A DNA stretch of 64,000 bases, taken from the NCBI GenBank assembly GCA_963757615.1, contig CAVWSO010000011.1:42334-106333 (forward strand), read 5' to 3'. This document shows positions 1-11,400 of the stretch, piece by piece. The notes under the pieces are model-generated. The model made no database searches. It worked only from the letters and a program-made list of their open reading frames with translations, and was not told where the DNA came from. Every line of letters starts with the position of its first letter. Position 1 is the first letter of the stretch. The stretch comes from an uncultured Sphingobacteriaceae bacterium (lineage in GTDB: Bacteria; Bacteroidota; Bacteroidia; Sphingobacteriales; Sphingobacteriaceae). A program made the position numbers and the translations under genes.

Positions 1-160
1 GAACCAGGATCCGGGAAGCTAAATACCGCGAAAGACCGTATCAACTGATAATACCAGATCAGCAACCATTTTACTTCAACAAAGTTAAGTTTGATAACAG
101 CGTTATTCTGTCCTCACGCATTTCGCGGATAAATCGCTGAACCGATAATCCCATTAGAAC

Positions 161-193
161 GAAAGGTGCGGCATTTGCCGTACAACACCTTTC
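161..193 (-). terminator. Hairpin downstream of cbs, possible terminator
   Basis: Inverted repeat GAAAGGTG...CACCTTTC about 25 bp past the cbs stop; no strong U-tract. Confidence 0.4.
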
Positions 194-217
194 GCCTGCA
201 CCCTTCTCAGCCTCGTC

Positions 218-1576
218 TTAAGCAGATATGGCATTAATAATGTCGTATTGCGTAATGATCTCAATTTCTCCCTGGTCTTCCACCAGAACGGCAATATTGT
301 CTTTATTGATCATAGCTGAGATCCTGTCAATGGAGGTATTTACGTCAACAAACGGAAATGGCGCCGTGGTTATGCTTTGAATCGGATGTGATTTCAAGGC
401 CGGATTTTCCAGCAGCGCATCCAAAATATCGCTTTCGGTGATCTTGCCAATGACCATCCCTTTCTGGGTTACCGGTATCTGCGAAATATTGAGCGATTTA
501 ATTACGTTGATGGCTTCCAGTACCGTCTTTTCGCAATCAATCGTGATGATTTCCTGGCGTGCTTTCTTTTTAATAATATCACGGGCTGTAAGCTTTTCAT
601 CTTTCAAAAATCCACGCTCACGAAGCCAGTCTTCATTATACATTTTTGCCATGTAACGTGAACCATGATCCGGGAAAATCACAACGACAACATCACCCTT
701 GTTGAACATATGCTTTAATTGCAATACCCCTGCAACAGCCGAGCCTGTTGAATTCCCTGCGAAAATACCCTCTTTTAGGGCAACTTCACGGGTCATTAAC
801 GCAGCATCCTTGTCGGATACCTTTTCAAAATGATCGATCAGGCTGAAGTCTACGTTCTTTGGCAGGAAGTCCTCTCCTATCCCCTCGGTGATATAGGGAT
901 AAATTTCGTCCTTGTCAAAAATTCCGGTCTCCTTGTATTTTTTAAAAACAGAGCCATAGGTGTCTATCCCGATGATCTTAATATTGGGGTTCTTTTCCTT
1001 CAGGTATTTTGCGATCCCGGATATGGTACCACCGGTTCCGACCCCTGCTACCAGGTGGGTTATTTTTCCTTCCGTCTGCTCCCATATCTCAGGCGCTGTT
1101 TGCTCATAATGCGCCTGCATGTTGGACAGGTTATCATATTGATTTGGCTTCCAGGAATTGGGCACCTCGCGCTCCAGCCGCGAGGAAACGGAATAATAGG
1201 AACGTGGATCTTCAGGATCAACATTGGTCGGGCAGACAATCACCTCAGCGCCAAAGGCGCGCAAGGCATCAAATTTCTCCTTGGACTGTTTATCGGTGCT
1301 CGTAAAAATACATTTATACCCTTTAATCACAGCTGCAATAGCCAGTCCCATACCAGTATTTCCCGATGTACCCTCGATGATGGTGCCGCCCGGTTTGAGA
1401 ACACCGCTTTTTTCGGCATCTTCAATCATCTTTATTGCCATTCGGTCCTTTATAGAGTTCCCGGGATTGGTGGTCTCTATTTTTGCCAGCACGGTAGCCG
1501 GAATATCTTTAGTGATGGTATTTAATCTGACCATGGGCGTATTGCCAATGGTTTCAAGAATATTATTGTGCCACAT
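218..1576 (-). CDS. cbs: Cystathionine beta-synthase (PLP-dependent, C-terminal CBS domains)
   Basis: Intact 452-aa ORF with GNTP, PGNSIKDR (PLP lysine), TSGNTG and GTGGT motifs plus a C-terminal CBS pair. Confidence 0.9.
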   Translation of the reverse strand: MWHNNILETIGNTPMVRLNTITKDIPATVLAKIETTNPGNSIKDRMAIKMIEDAEKSGVLKPGGTIIEGTSGNTGMGLAIAAVIKGYKCIFTSTDKQSKEKFDALRAFGAEVIVCPTNVDPEDPRSYYSVSSRLEREVPNSWKPNQYDNLSNMQAHYEQTAPEIWEQTEGKITHLVAGVGTGGTISGIAKYLKEKNPNIKIIGIDTYGSVFKKYKETGIFDKDEIYPYITEGIGEDFLPKNVDFSLIDHFEKVSDKDAALMTREVALKEGIFAGNSTGSAVAGVLQLKHMFNKGDVVVVIFPDHGSRYMAKMYNEDWLRERGFLKDEKLTARDIIKKKARQEIITIDCEKTVLEAINVIKSLNISQIPVTQKGMVIGKITESDILDALLENPALKSHPIQSITTAPFPFVDVNTSIDRISAMINKDNIAVLVEDQGEIEIITQYDIINAISA

Positions 1577-1687
1577 AAACCTGGGTATTATTTTTTTTGA
1601 TTTGACGCCGGCTTTGGATTAATCTACCTGCGGGTATTACAAAGATAGCTACTCAAGCCATTATTCGCTCAAGGTGCCGGGCTCTAT

Positions 1688-2544
1688 TTAAAATTTCAAA
1701 TGCTTTACCGTCAAACCATTATTGATCAGTTGCTTTAACGAATCGATGCCGATATGCAGATGCGTTTCCACATACTGTTCGGTAACGGATTGAATCACTT
1801 TCGGCCGTTTTTACGCCTTCGGGTATCATCGGCTGATCAGATACCAGCAGCAACGCGCCTGTCGGTATTTTGTTGGCAAATCCGGTGGTAAATATCGTAG
1901 CCGTTTCCATATCGATGGCCATGGCCCGCAAAGTCTTTCAGATATTTTTTAAACTCTTTATCGTGCTCCCATACCCTGCGGTTGGTGGTATAGCAGGTTC
2001 CGGTCCAGTAATCACGGCCAAAATCGCGTATGGTCGTGGAAATGGCCTTTTGGAGCGCAAATGATGGTAATGCAGGCACTTCGGGGGGCAGATAATCATT
2101 TGATGTCCCCTCGCCTCTTATGGCGGCTATTGGCAGGATAAGGTCCCCTACGTTATTCTTCTTTTTAAGACCGCCGCATTTACCCAAAAAGATTACCGCT
2201 TTGGGCTTTACAGCAGTGAGCAGATCCATCACCGTTGCGGCAACAGAACTCCCCATACCAAAATTGATGATGGTGATTCCGTCCGCGGACACGCTTTGCA
2301 TGGGCTTATCAAGACCAACGATCGGTGCATTCTCATGCCACTCGGAAAACAAATGAAGATATTTTGAAAAATTGGTCAGAATAATATACTCACCGAAATC
2401 GGCCAACGGGCGACCGGTATAACGCGGCAGCCAGTTCACTACGATCGCTTCTTTGGTTTTCAATCCGGATTTTATAGGAGAACTTAGTTTACCTCCTTCT
2501 TTAGTGTCCTGAGCCGCTTTTTTTATTTTCTTTTCTTCGTTCAT
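1688..2544 (-). CDS. amn: AMP nucleosidase, Bacteroidota type (frameshifted in assembly)
   Basis: NWLPRYTG, NFGMGS, FLGKCGGL, AAIRGEGTS, then AIDMETAT and GALLLVSD in the next frame; C-terminus LTVKHLKF* ends at 1688. Confidence 0.85.
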
Positions 2545-2644
2545 AGGAAATCGCGTTCAATACATTTATTCCGAAGGGGGAAGGCTTGCGCTATTGCCCA
2601 CCGGCCCCGCGGGGAATGTGAATTATTATTTGATCTTATACAAC

Positions 2645-2669
2645 AAACCCCGGCTTACACCAGGGTTTG
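2645..2669 (-). terminator. Hairpin after clpX
   Basis: CAAACCC...GGGTTTG inverted repeat about 40 bp past the clpX stop. Confidence 0.45.
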
Positions 2670-2709
2670 CGTATATTACAAAAATAAATCTTAAAAATTA
2701 TCCCGCTTG

Positions 2710-3954
2710 TTAGGCTACTTTTAATTTTTTCAGATCAGATTTTTCAAACTGATCATGGGCATAATCCAGCGTAACGTTTAAACGTTTGACATCTCTTTTT
2801 GAAGGGAACTCAAACATAGCGTCGATCATGATCGCTTCGCAAATCGAGCGCAGACCACGTGCGCCAAGCTTAAACTCCATCGCTTTGTCTACAATAAAAT
2901 CAAGCACCTGTTCATCAAACTCCAGCTTCACGCCTTCGTATTCAAACAGTTTTTTATACTGTTTAAGCAATGAATTTTTGGGTTCGGTTAAAATATTGTG
3001 CAAAGCTTCCCTATCCAGCGGATTCAGATAGGTAAGTATCGGCAAACGGCCAATCAATTCGGGTATCAGACCAAATGATTTCAGATCCTGCGGGCGTAAT
3101 GTATTTATACAGGTTTTTCAGGTCAACTTCGCCGTCATCGTGGTGTTTCAGTTTGTAGCCAACAGTTTGCGTGCGCAGCCTATTGGCTATTTTCTTCTCG
3201 ATACCATCAAAAGCTCCGCCGCAGATAAACAGGATATTATTGGTATTGACCGTGATCATTTTCTGATCGGGATGTTTACGTCCTCCCTGCGGTGGTACGT
3301 TCACCATGGTGCCTTCCAGTATTTTTAATAAGGCCTGTTGCACACCTTCGCCCGATACATCGCGGGTAATAGAAGCGTTATCGCTTTTGCGGGCGATTTT
3401 GTCCACCTCATCAATATACACAATCCCTTTTTCGGCAGCCGTTACATCATAATCAGCAGACTGCAGCAACCGGGTTAAAATACTTTCAACATCCTCACCT
3501 ACATAGCCTGCTTCTGTCAGTACGGTAGCGTCGCAAATGCAAAAAGGCACATTCAAAATTTTGGCAAGCGTTTTTGCAAGCAGGGTTTTACCGGTGCCCG
3601 TTTCGCCCACCATAATGATGTTGGATTTTTCAATCTCCACCTCATCCTTCTCAATGCGCTGATTCAGGCGTTTATAGTGATTATACACTGCTACAGACAA
3701 TATCTTTTTGGCATCATCCTGCCCTATTACATATTGGTCAAGATGAGCTTTTTATTTCTGAAGGTTTTAATAAGGCTGGCGAAGACGGCGATGTTTTTAC
3801 CTTACGCACTTTTAACTCTTCAGCTAATATCTCATTGGCCTGATTGACACATTTATCGCAAATATGTGCATCCAAGCCCGGCTATCAGCATCAGGGAATC
3901 CTGCTTACCGGCCCCACAAAACGAACACCTGATTTCTTTGCTGTTTTTATTCAT
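2710..3954 (-). CDS. clpX: ATP-dependent Clp protease ATP-binding subunit ClpX (frameshifted)
   Basis: Start [14 protein letters not shown] (zinc finger), Walker [39 protein letters not shown] across three or more frames. Confidence 0.95.
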
Positions 3955-4079
3955 CTCTTAATTTTGTGTATAAATCCAAAATCTAAATTATATTATAAAG
4001 CACTAATTCCAACGTTCTTTAGGTCGTTACTGCTTTCCAGCTTATTCAATACGTAACTAATCAGGCGCGTTCGTTTTCA

Positions 4080-4785
4080 TTATTTCTTGGTTTTGCTTCC
4101 GCGTAAGATCTCATCAACCATACCAAATTCTTTCGCTTCTTCGGCAATCATCCAGTGGTCACGATCTGATGCTTCCCATACTTTTTCAAAGGTCGCACCG
4201 CTATGATCGGCAATGATCTGGTATAATTCCTTTTTCAATTTAGTGATCTCGTGATAGGTAATTTCAATATCTGACTGCTGACCCTGCGCGCCGCCTGATG
4301 GCTGGTGGATCATCACCCTGGATGCGGCAAAGCAGCCCTTTTTCCCTGTGTACCTGCGCACAACAGCACTGCTGCCATTGATGCTGCCATTCCTGTACAG
4401 ATGGTTGCTACATCGTTTGATATAAATTGCATGGTATCATAAATACCCAAACCTGCATAAACCGAACCGCCCGGCGAATTGATATATATCTGGATATCAC
4501 GTTTGCTATCGGCCGACTGCAGGAATAACAATTGTGCCTGAATAATGTTGGCAATATTTTCATAAATAGCATCGCCAAGGAAAATAATACGGTCCATCAT
4601 CAGACGCGAAAACACGTCCATCTGAGCTACGTTTAACTGGCGTTCCTCAATAATATATGGCGTCATCCCGGTTGGCAGATTACTTTTGTCCACGTTCTGC
4701 AATGAATTTATCTACGTACATGCCATTAATGCGGTGATGCTTAACAGCATATTTTCTGAATTCGTTTTTATCAATGTTGCTCCAT
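4080..4785 (-). CDS. clpP: Clp protease proteolytic subunit (frameshifted)
   Basis: [48 protein letters not shown]; start approximate. Confidence 0.95.
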
Positions 4786-4911
4786 GATTTTATTATGTTA
4801 CCTGTTTTTAATTGCGATAAATATAGTTTTTACTTGAATATAAATATTGATAGAAAGTTTTTAAAAAGTAAAATTAATAGATGTTGAGAAAAGCCCATGG
4901 GTCGCATAAAC

Positions 4912-4939
4912 AAAAAAGCAACCCGGAATGAGTTGCTTT
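4912..4939 (-). terminator. Intrinsic terminator after tig
   Basis: AAAGCAAC...GTTGCTTT hairpin; the A-run at 4912-4917 gives a U-tract on the minus strand. Confidence 0.6.
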
Positions 4940-4970
4940 GGCTTAATATTTTTTGCTTTTGGACAGTTCC

Positions 4971-6337
4971 TTACTTTTCTTGACTACCAATAATACTTCT
5001 GAAATCAGTATGTCAGATATTTCTTTTTCTCCAAAGTAACGATCCCTTTAAGGTAATCCAATACGTTTACGCTTTTACTTCTTCAAATATCTTGTTGGCA
5101 TTTTCTTTATTTTGCAAATATTGAACCGTGTACTGCCCCAGTTGCTCCTCGCTCAACGGCTGCGGGCTGTACATTCTGAATTGCTGCATCAAGGCGTTGT
5201 TTTGCCACCTGGAAAACCTCCTCATATTTGATCTCGATCTTATTGTCTTTGATGACCTTATTCTCGATCAAGGGTCCATTTCAGATTTTTAGCGAAATCT
5301 TCATAACCGCCACTCAGTTCTTCTTCGGTTAATTTTTCGTTGGTAGCTTTTAACCAGCGTTTCAGAAACTCATCAGGTAAATCAAACTGGCCTTATCAAT
5401 GCTCAGCTTGTAAATATCATTTTGAAGTTTGCGTTCGGAATCCTGGGCAATCATAGCTTCGATTTCTTCGGTGATCTTAGCCCTGAACCCTTCTTCCGTA
5501 GTTACTTTACCTTCACCAAATAATTTGTCAAAGAACTCCTGATTAAAATCACTTTCCTCCAAACGGTTAACATTTTTTACCGTTAAGGTGAAATTTGATT
5601 TGATGTCAGCTGCTAGTATCTTCATCAACCTTTAACAATCGCGGCGATACTTGCTGCATCATTATTAAAGGCTTTTTGAATATCCAGCGTTACCACATCG
5701 TCTTTTTTCAACCCGATAAGCGATTTTTTGATCTTCTCATCCTGTACCTGGTCTAAACGGACAGATGCCGTATTGGTGATTCCACCATCAAAAACAGAAC
5801 CATCCGGAGAAAGCTGTGTTAATTCGGCATAAAGCACGTCACCATCTGCCGATACGTCAGGATTTGTCATTTTGCCATAGCTGTTGCGGATATTTTTGAT
5901 ACGTGCAGCAAGCGTCTCGGCGTCAGCTTTAATAACATATTGGGTTACTTTATCTTTAGCTGAAAAGTCGATATCGAACTCAGGAGCCAGACCAACTTCG
6001 TAGTTAAACTCAAAGTTATCAGCAAAATCCCAGTTATATTGTTTGTCTGTCGTCCATTTTTGGCAATGGCTGACCCAATACTTCCAGTTGCTCTCGTTCG
6101 ATATAATTATTCAGCGTATCCGAAAGCAGGTTATTCACCTCATCAACCAAAATGCTTTTGCCATACATTTTTTTGATATGTGACGCAGGAACCATTCCCG
6201 GTCTGAAACCCGGTATTTTTGCTTTTTTTGCATGGTCTTTTATCGCCTTTATCAACCCGTGGCTGATAATCTTCGGGGTTGATATTGATTTTTACAATAG
6301 CGTTTAGATTGTCGATTTTTTCCTGTGAAATATTCAT
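4971..6337 (-). CDS. tig: Trigger factor (heavily frameshifted)
   Basis: MNISQEKIDNLN start, ribosome-binding motif IPGFRPGMVP, upstream of clpP-clpX; 3' end approximate. Confidence 0.9.
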
Positions 6338-6416
6338 CTTGTTCCGAGTATTTTTAACTTACAATTCCCATGTCTGTCATGCTATTAGGTAGCGGCATGT
6401 ATTCTGTTTTGGGAGT

Positions 6417-6424
6417 GCAAAGGT
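6417..6424 (-). promoter_or_regulatory. Bacteroidota housekeeping -7 promoter element for tig
   Basis: Minus strand reads TACCTTTG (TAnnTTTG consensus) followed by CACTCCC. Confidence 0.6.
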
Positions 6425-6498
6425 ATTAAAAAATTCGAAAAAAAATTCCGAACTAACGACTGATTTATTTTGGAGCGGCCATTGCCAGGGATAAAAAT

Positions 6499-6523
6499 AA
6501 AAGCCCCGTAAAACGGGGCTTTT
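6499..6523. terminator. Intrinsic terminator after the GIN lipoprotein gene
   Basis: AAAAGCCCCGT-AAA-ACGGGGCTTTT perfect hairpin with A/T tails. Confidence 0.8.
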
Positions 6524-6550
6524 GCCGGAACATGGCCTCGTGCCCGGCCT

Positions 6551-7273
6551 TTAGTCGATCTTGGTAAGCGAGGACGCCCCTGTTTTATGGCTGTTGACGT
6601 TGCTTGGGTTACCCCGGTATTTAATGTCAGATGCGCCCGTAGTATTTACATTCAGATTGTGCAATACATTGATCTGGCACTCACTGGCACCGGTTGTCTG
6701 GATATCATAGCTGTCCACCACAAAGTCCAGCGCATGTATCTTTCCGCTGCCCGACAGGTCGATCCTGTGTGAACTTGCCTGCCCTTTAAGGTTGATCTCG
6801 GTGGAACCGCTGCCCTCGGTGATTACATTAGCCGCGTTCAGGTCCATCGTGACTTTGCTGGCACCATTTAACCGCAATGAGAGATCCTGGGTAACCAGCC
6901 TGCCATCTGATTCAAGATCAACGGCACCCGAAGTTTTGATCCCTTCCAATCTTTTCACGCCGATGTTAAGTGTAATCGGGCCGCTTGCGCAAAGGTTTTT
7001 GCGGGAGGACACACGCAGCTTATTGCCGTCTAGTTCAACGCGAATATATTTTATCAGGTTATCGTCTGCGCCAACCGTTACGCTTAGACTGCTGTCCTGT
7101 TTGAGGATGACCTTATAACCGCCCGAAATATCGATCCTGGTAAAATCTGACACCTTACGATTTTCGCTCACCCGGTGGCCGGAACCTTTGACGCAGCCAA
7201 ATCTGCAGGAGGATAGCAAGGTGAGGGAAATAACCGAAATAAGTAGTGCCAGGTTAAAAAATAGTTTTTTCAT
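6551..7273 (-). CDS. Head GIN domain (DUF2807) lipoprotein
   Basis: Lipobox LSSC; VKGSG..SENRKVSDFTRIDISGG; repeated xGAS/xGSG beta-helix units; GASDIKYRGNP end typical of DUF2807. Confidence 0.85.
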   Translation of the reverse strand: MKKLFFNLALLISVISLTLLSSCRFGCVKGSGHRVSENRKVSDFTRIDISGGYKVILKQDSSLSVTVGADDNLIKYIRVELDGNKLRVSSRKNLCASGPITLNIGVKRLEGIKTSGAVDLESDGRLVTQDLSLRLNGASKVTMDLNAANVITEGSGSTEINLKGQASSHRIDLSGSGKIHALDFVVDSYDIQTTGASECQINVLHNLNVNTTGASDIKYRGNPSNVNSHKTGASSLTKID

Positions 7274-7294
7274 ATGGTGATTTTTGTTTTATGT

Positions 7295-7321
7295 GACGTG
7301 ATTGTTAAACCATTGGTTACA
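7295..7321 (-). promoter_or_regulatory. ECF-sigma-type promoter TGTAAC-N17-CGTC
   Basis: Minus strand TGTAAC caatggtttaacaatca CGTC, about 20 bp before the ATG at 7273. Confidence 0.65.
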
Positions 7322-7330
7322 TCAAAAATA

Positions 7331-7360
7331 AAAAAGCCATTCGAATAAAAGAATGGCTTT
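7331..7360 (-). terminator. Intrinsic terminator after the second GIN gene
   Basis: AAAGCCATTC...GAATGGCTTT hairpin with an adjacent A-run. Confidence 0.7.
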
Positions 7361-7404
7361 CAGAAACATACTTTATATAGTGAACTTTACCTGAAGTGCT
7401 GATT

Positions 7405-8019
7405 TTATAAACCTACATATACCTCATCTGTTTTTTTGGCTGCACCCTGAACTGTTTTGGTGATATGTGCTGCGGCAAAGTTAGTGCTGTTTACAGTGGC
7501 CGAATGCTTGTATGTTAAATTACATTCGCTGACGTTGCCCAAAAGGTCGGCCTTTGAACGGTCGTTCAAGGTGATGTTGGCGCGGTATCCGTCCATATCC
7601 AATTTTGCATAAGCATTGTCATGCAAAGTAACAGTCATGTCAATTGGAGATAGCTTACCGAATGATTTTACTTCGGCGTTATCATAGGCGCTGATTGCGC
7701 TGATCTGTTCTGCGGTTACCCATACTACTAATTTCTGGGCGCCGTAGGATGACACGCGAAGTACACCGTTCCTGTTCTGGATCAATGCGTTTTCAGAGTA
7801 ATAACGGTTGTAAACCTTAACCTGGTCTGAAAAGCCGTCTGTTACGTAAAGTTCCACGTTACCGCGAACTTCTATTTTGCTGATCTTGCTGATGTCCGTC
7901 AATACGGTGCTTACTTCATCCTTTGCAGCCGAATCGCTTTTGGTAGCTGCTAATGCTGTGTTGCTTATTCCCAATGCTACTGCTGCAATAGCTACGAAGG
8001 AAAAAAATCTAGTTCTCAT
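7405..8019 (-). CDS. Secreted GIN/DUF2807-like protein, paralog A
   Basis: Signal peptide MRTRFFSFVAIAAVALG; KISKIEVRGNVELYVTDG; clearly similar to 13366-13977. Start taken at the second Met. Confidence 0.75.
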   Translation of the reverse strand: MRTRFFSFVAIAAVALGISNTALAATKSDSAAKDEVSTVLTDISKISKIEVRGNVELYVTDGFSDQVKVYNRYYSENALIQNRNGVLRVSSYGAQKLVVWVTAEQISAISAYDNAEVKSFGKLSPIDMTVTLHDNAYAKLDMDGYRANITLNDRSKADLLGNVSECNLTYKHSATVNSTNFAAAHITKTVQGAAKKTDEVYVGL

Positions 8020-8080
8020 AGTATCTAATATTTTGATTGTCAATTATTTGTTATTCTTTGTTTTCTAATTACATACTTAA

Positions 8081-8172
8081 GACGAGCACTGCTGAGAAAC
8101 GTTACAGCAGGACGGGGACTATTAGATGTATGCCCCTTTTATGTCGGTGAACTGCTGAAATTGGTCGGCGAA
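8081..8172 (-). promoter_or_regulatory. ECF-type promoter plus three 9-bp direct repeats at 21-bp period
   Basis: TGTAAC-N16-CGTC at 8081-8106; repeats at 8122-8130, 8143-8151 and 8164-8172; same layout at 14037-14128. Confidence 0.7.
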
Positions 8173-8441
8173 AACAGGCACTAAAGTTCAGCCTCAGGGG
8201 GTAATAACTGCCATGCTGTTTAGATTTCCATAATAGTAAATCGCATTTTCTGTAAATTATTAATCTTATTTTATGGATTTTTAAAAGAATTTCTTTATAT
8301 ATTAGCAAATAGTACTTTTTCCCCTGTTAAAATAAGTATTGATTAATATCGGACGCCCTGTTTTCCGGGATAGTGCCTCGCTATCCGCATAGTATTTTTT
8401 GAAGCGTCCTACTAAATGGATTTTCAACCTAAAGTCAAGCT

Positions 8442-11400
8442 ATGAAACAAAATCTCTACCAACTCAAATTTCCGTTTCTCTTTAAGGCATCCGTTGTTAA
8501 CCTGCTGATTATTCTAGTAGCAGCTGCGTCGGCGTTTGCCCAGACTACCATCAGCGGCAAGGTAACTGACGGAGACTCGAATGAACCGCTTCCCGGTGTG
8601 ACCATTACGGTAAAAGGGACCTCCATTGTTGTCGGAACAAATGTCAACGGCCTTTATTCAGTGACAGCGGCAAGCAATGCCACCATTGTATTCTCCTTTG
8701 TAGGCTATAAAACACAGGAGCTGGCTGTAGCGGGCCGCACCACGATTGACGTTAAACTGCACTTGGCTGCAGCTGAGTTGAAAGATGTCGAAATTACAGC
8801 CTACAATATCAAAAGGGAACGGCGTGTCCTGGGCTACTCGACCACTGAAGTAAAAGGCGCAACGCTTACCGAGGCCCGCGAAACCAACTTCGTGAACGGA
8901 CTTGAAGGAAAAGTTGCCGGCGTGAACGTAAGCAACGTGGCTACTGGACCCGGCGGGTCGGCAAACGTGGTCATACGCGGCATTTCCGATCTTACGGGAA
9001 GCAACCAGCCCTTATACGTAATTGACGGTATCCCCATGCAAAATACCACCTATTCGCAAACGGATGTGGGCGGCGGTTATGGCGGCGCGGACGGAGGCGA
9101 TGGCACGATCAACATCAATCCTGATGATATCGAAACCGTATCGATCCTGAAAGGCTCTGCCGCTACGGCATTATATGGCTACCGCGGCAGCAAGGGAGTT
9201 ATCCTGATCACGACAAAATCGGGTAAAAATGCAAAAGGCTCGGGCGTGGAATGGAATTCCAACTTCGTTGTTCAAAGTGTTATTGATAATACGGACTGGC
9301 AAAAAACATACGGCCAGGGCTCTGACGGCCTGAAGCCGGTAAGTGGCAGCGATGCATTCGAACTGGGCCTGTCGAGTTGGGGCCCGAAACTTGATGGCAC
9401 CCCGGTCTACCAGTTTGACGGCGTACAAAGGCCTTATAGCTCTGTGAGTGGCAATATGGGGCGCTTTTATAAAGACGGTTATGCAGCCACCAATACGGTA
9501 TCGTTCAGTAAGAACCTGAATGATGAGGGTTCCATTCGGTTTTCTGCTAATGACCTGCACAATACCAGCATCATACCCAATGCGGGCTATCAGCAGCAAG
9601 CATTTTCCTTGTCTACAAATTATAAGCTGGGCAAGCGCCTTGACCTGCAATTAAAGGGACAATACATCAATGCATTCACCCATAACCGTCCGAGCGTATC
9701 TGATGCGCCGGGCAGTGTAAACTTTGCTACCCTGTTTCTTCCGCCAAACGTAAATATTACCAATCTGGCTCCGGGGTATAAGGCTGACGGTTCTGAAAAC
9801 CAGTTTCTTGATGATGCTTATACTACCAATCCTTATTTCGCGGCTTACAAGTTTATCAACAATACCCGCCGTAACAGGTTCATTGGCTCGGCAGATCTGA
9901 AATATACTTTCGACAATGGCTTGTACCTGGAATTGCGCGCCGGTGAAGACTATTATAACGACAGGAATACGAACGTCACACCAAACGGAACGGCCTACCA
10001 GACTGACGGGGCCATGACCGAAGAAGCCCGGAAATCAACGGAACTGAACGTGGACGCTATTATCGGCAAGAAGTTTACCGTAACAAAGGATTTTAATATT
10101 ACGGGCCTCATCGGTGGCAATACGCGTAAGAATGCTGTTGACGACCTGGTAGCTACAGGCAATACATTTGAAACGCCATACCTTTATACGGTAGGCAACC
10201 TGGCCAGTCCTACCGAGTTTCTGAACAATCCGGTGATTGAGAACAGATCGGTCTATGGAACTGCCGACTTTGCCTACAAGAACTATTTATACCTGGGTGT
10301 CACCGGACGTAACGACTGGTACTCGACACTTGCTCCGGGTAAAACAAATTATTTCTATCCATCGATAAACGGTTCCTTCGTTTTCTCAGAACTGCTGAAC
10401 CTGGATTGGATGGACCTGGGTAAACTAAGGGTTGGTTATGCCGATGTAGGCGGCGAAGCTGACCAGCCCTATCAAACCCTATTAGGCTACAATAATATCG
10501 GTAACTTAAACGGCCACCCGATTGGTAATATTTCAAACGGAAGCACGGTCCCTAACGACAAACTGCAGCCTTCTTCTACCAAAGAATTCGAAGTGGGCGC
10601 TGAGTTCAATTTGCTGAAAAGCAGATTGCACGTGGACGTTGCCTATTATAATAAAAAGAACAGTAAGGAAGTCATACCAGCTGTTACTTCGGAATCCTCG
10701 GGCTATAATGCCGTGTTGCTTAACTCGGGTACCATACAGAACAAGGGTATTGAACTGCTGATCTCGGGGGTGCCTGTTAAGACGAAAGATTTTACCTGGA
10801 CCGAGACGCTGAATATGACCTACAATGACAATAAGGTACTATCGCTTACTGCCGGGGCAACTAATTATCCTTTGGGATATTCACGCGCCGGGGAAGATGA
10901 GGGTGTCGGAGTCGCTTATATGGCGCAGGCATTGGGCAAATCGGCCTACCAGATCTATGTTGCTGATCCGGAAAGGGACGCAACCGGAAAAATCGTTATT
11001 GACCCGGAAACCGGCGCGCCGGCAGCGGGCACCACTTACAAGGATGTCGGCTCGGGTGTCGATCCCTGGACAGTAGGTATAAACACCGAGCTAAGATACA
11101 AAGCGCTCCACTTTTCATTCCTGATAGATGGCAAGTTTGGAGGGAAGATTTTTTCAGGGACCAACTGGTACGGTTATGGCTACGGCCTGAATAAGGAAAC
11201 GCTCGTGGGAAGGGATCTCCGGTACGGAACCCAGGAACTTTTTCCGCAGGATTATTATGCCCAAATAGCGACCAATAACCCGGAGATTTTTGTTTACGAT
11301 GCCAGTTTCATTAAATTTAGGCAGATCATTCTTGGTTACACCTTCCCTGCAAGTCTTTTCAAAAATAAGATACAGGGTATCAACCTGAGTTTTGTGGCCC

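Noticed and set aside
438-1622. Antisense ORFs over cbs, and similar shadow ORFs throughout the window
   Set aside because: They lie opposite or out of frame to well-supported genes and show no recognisable motifs.
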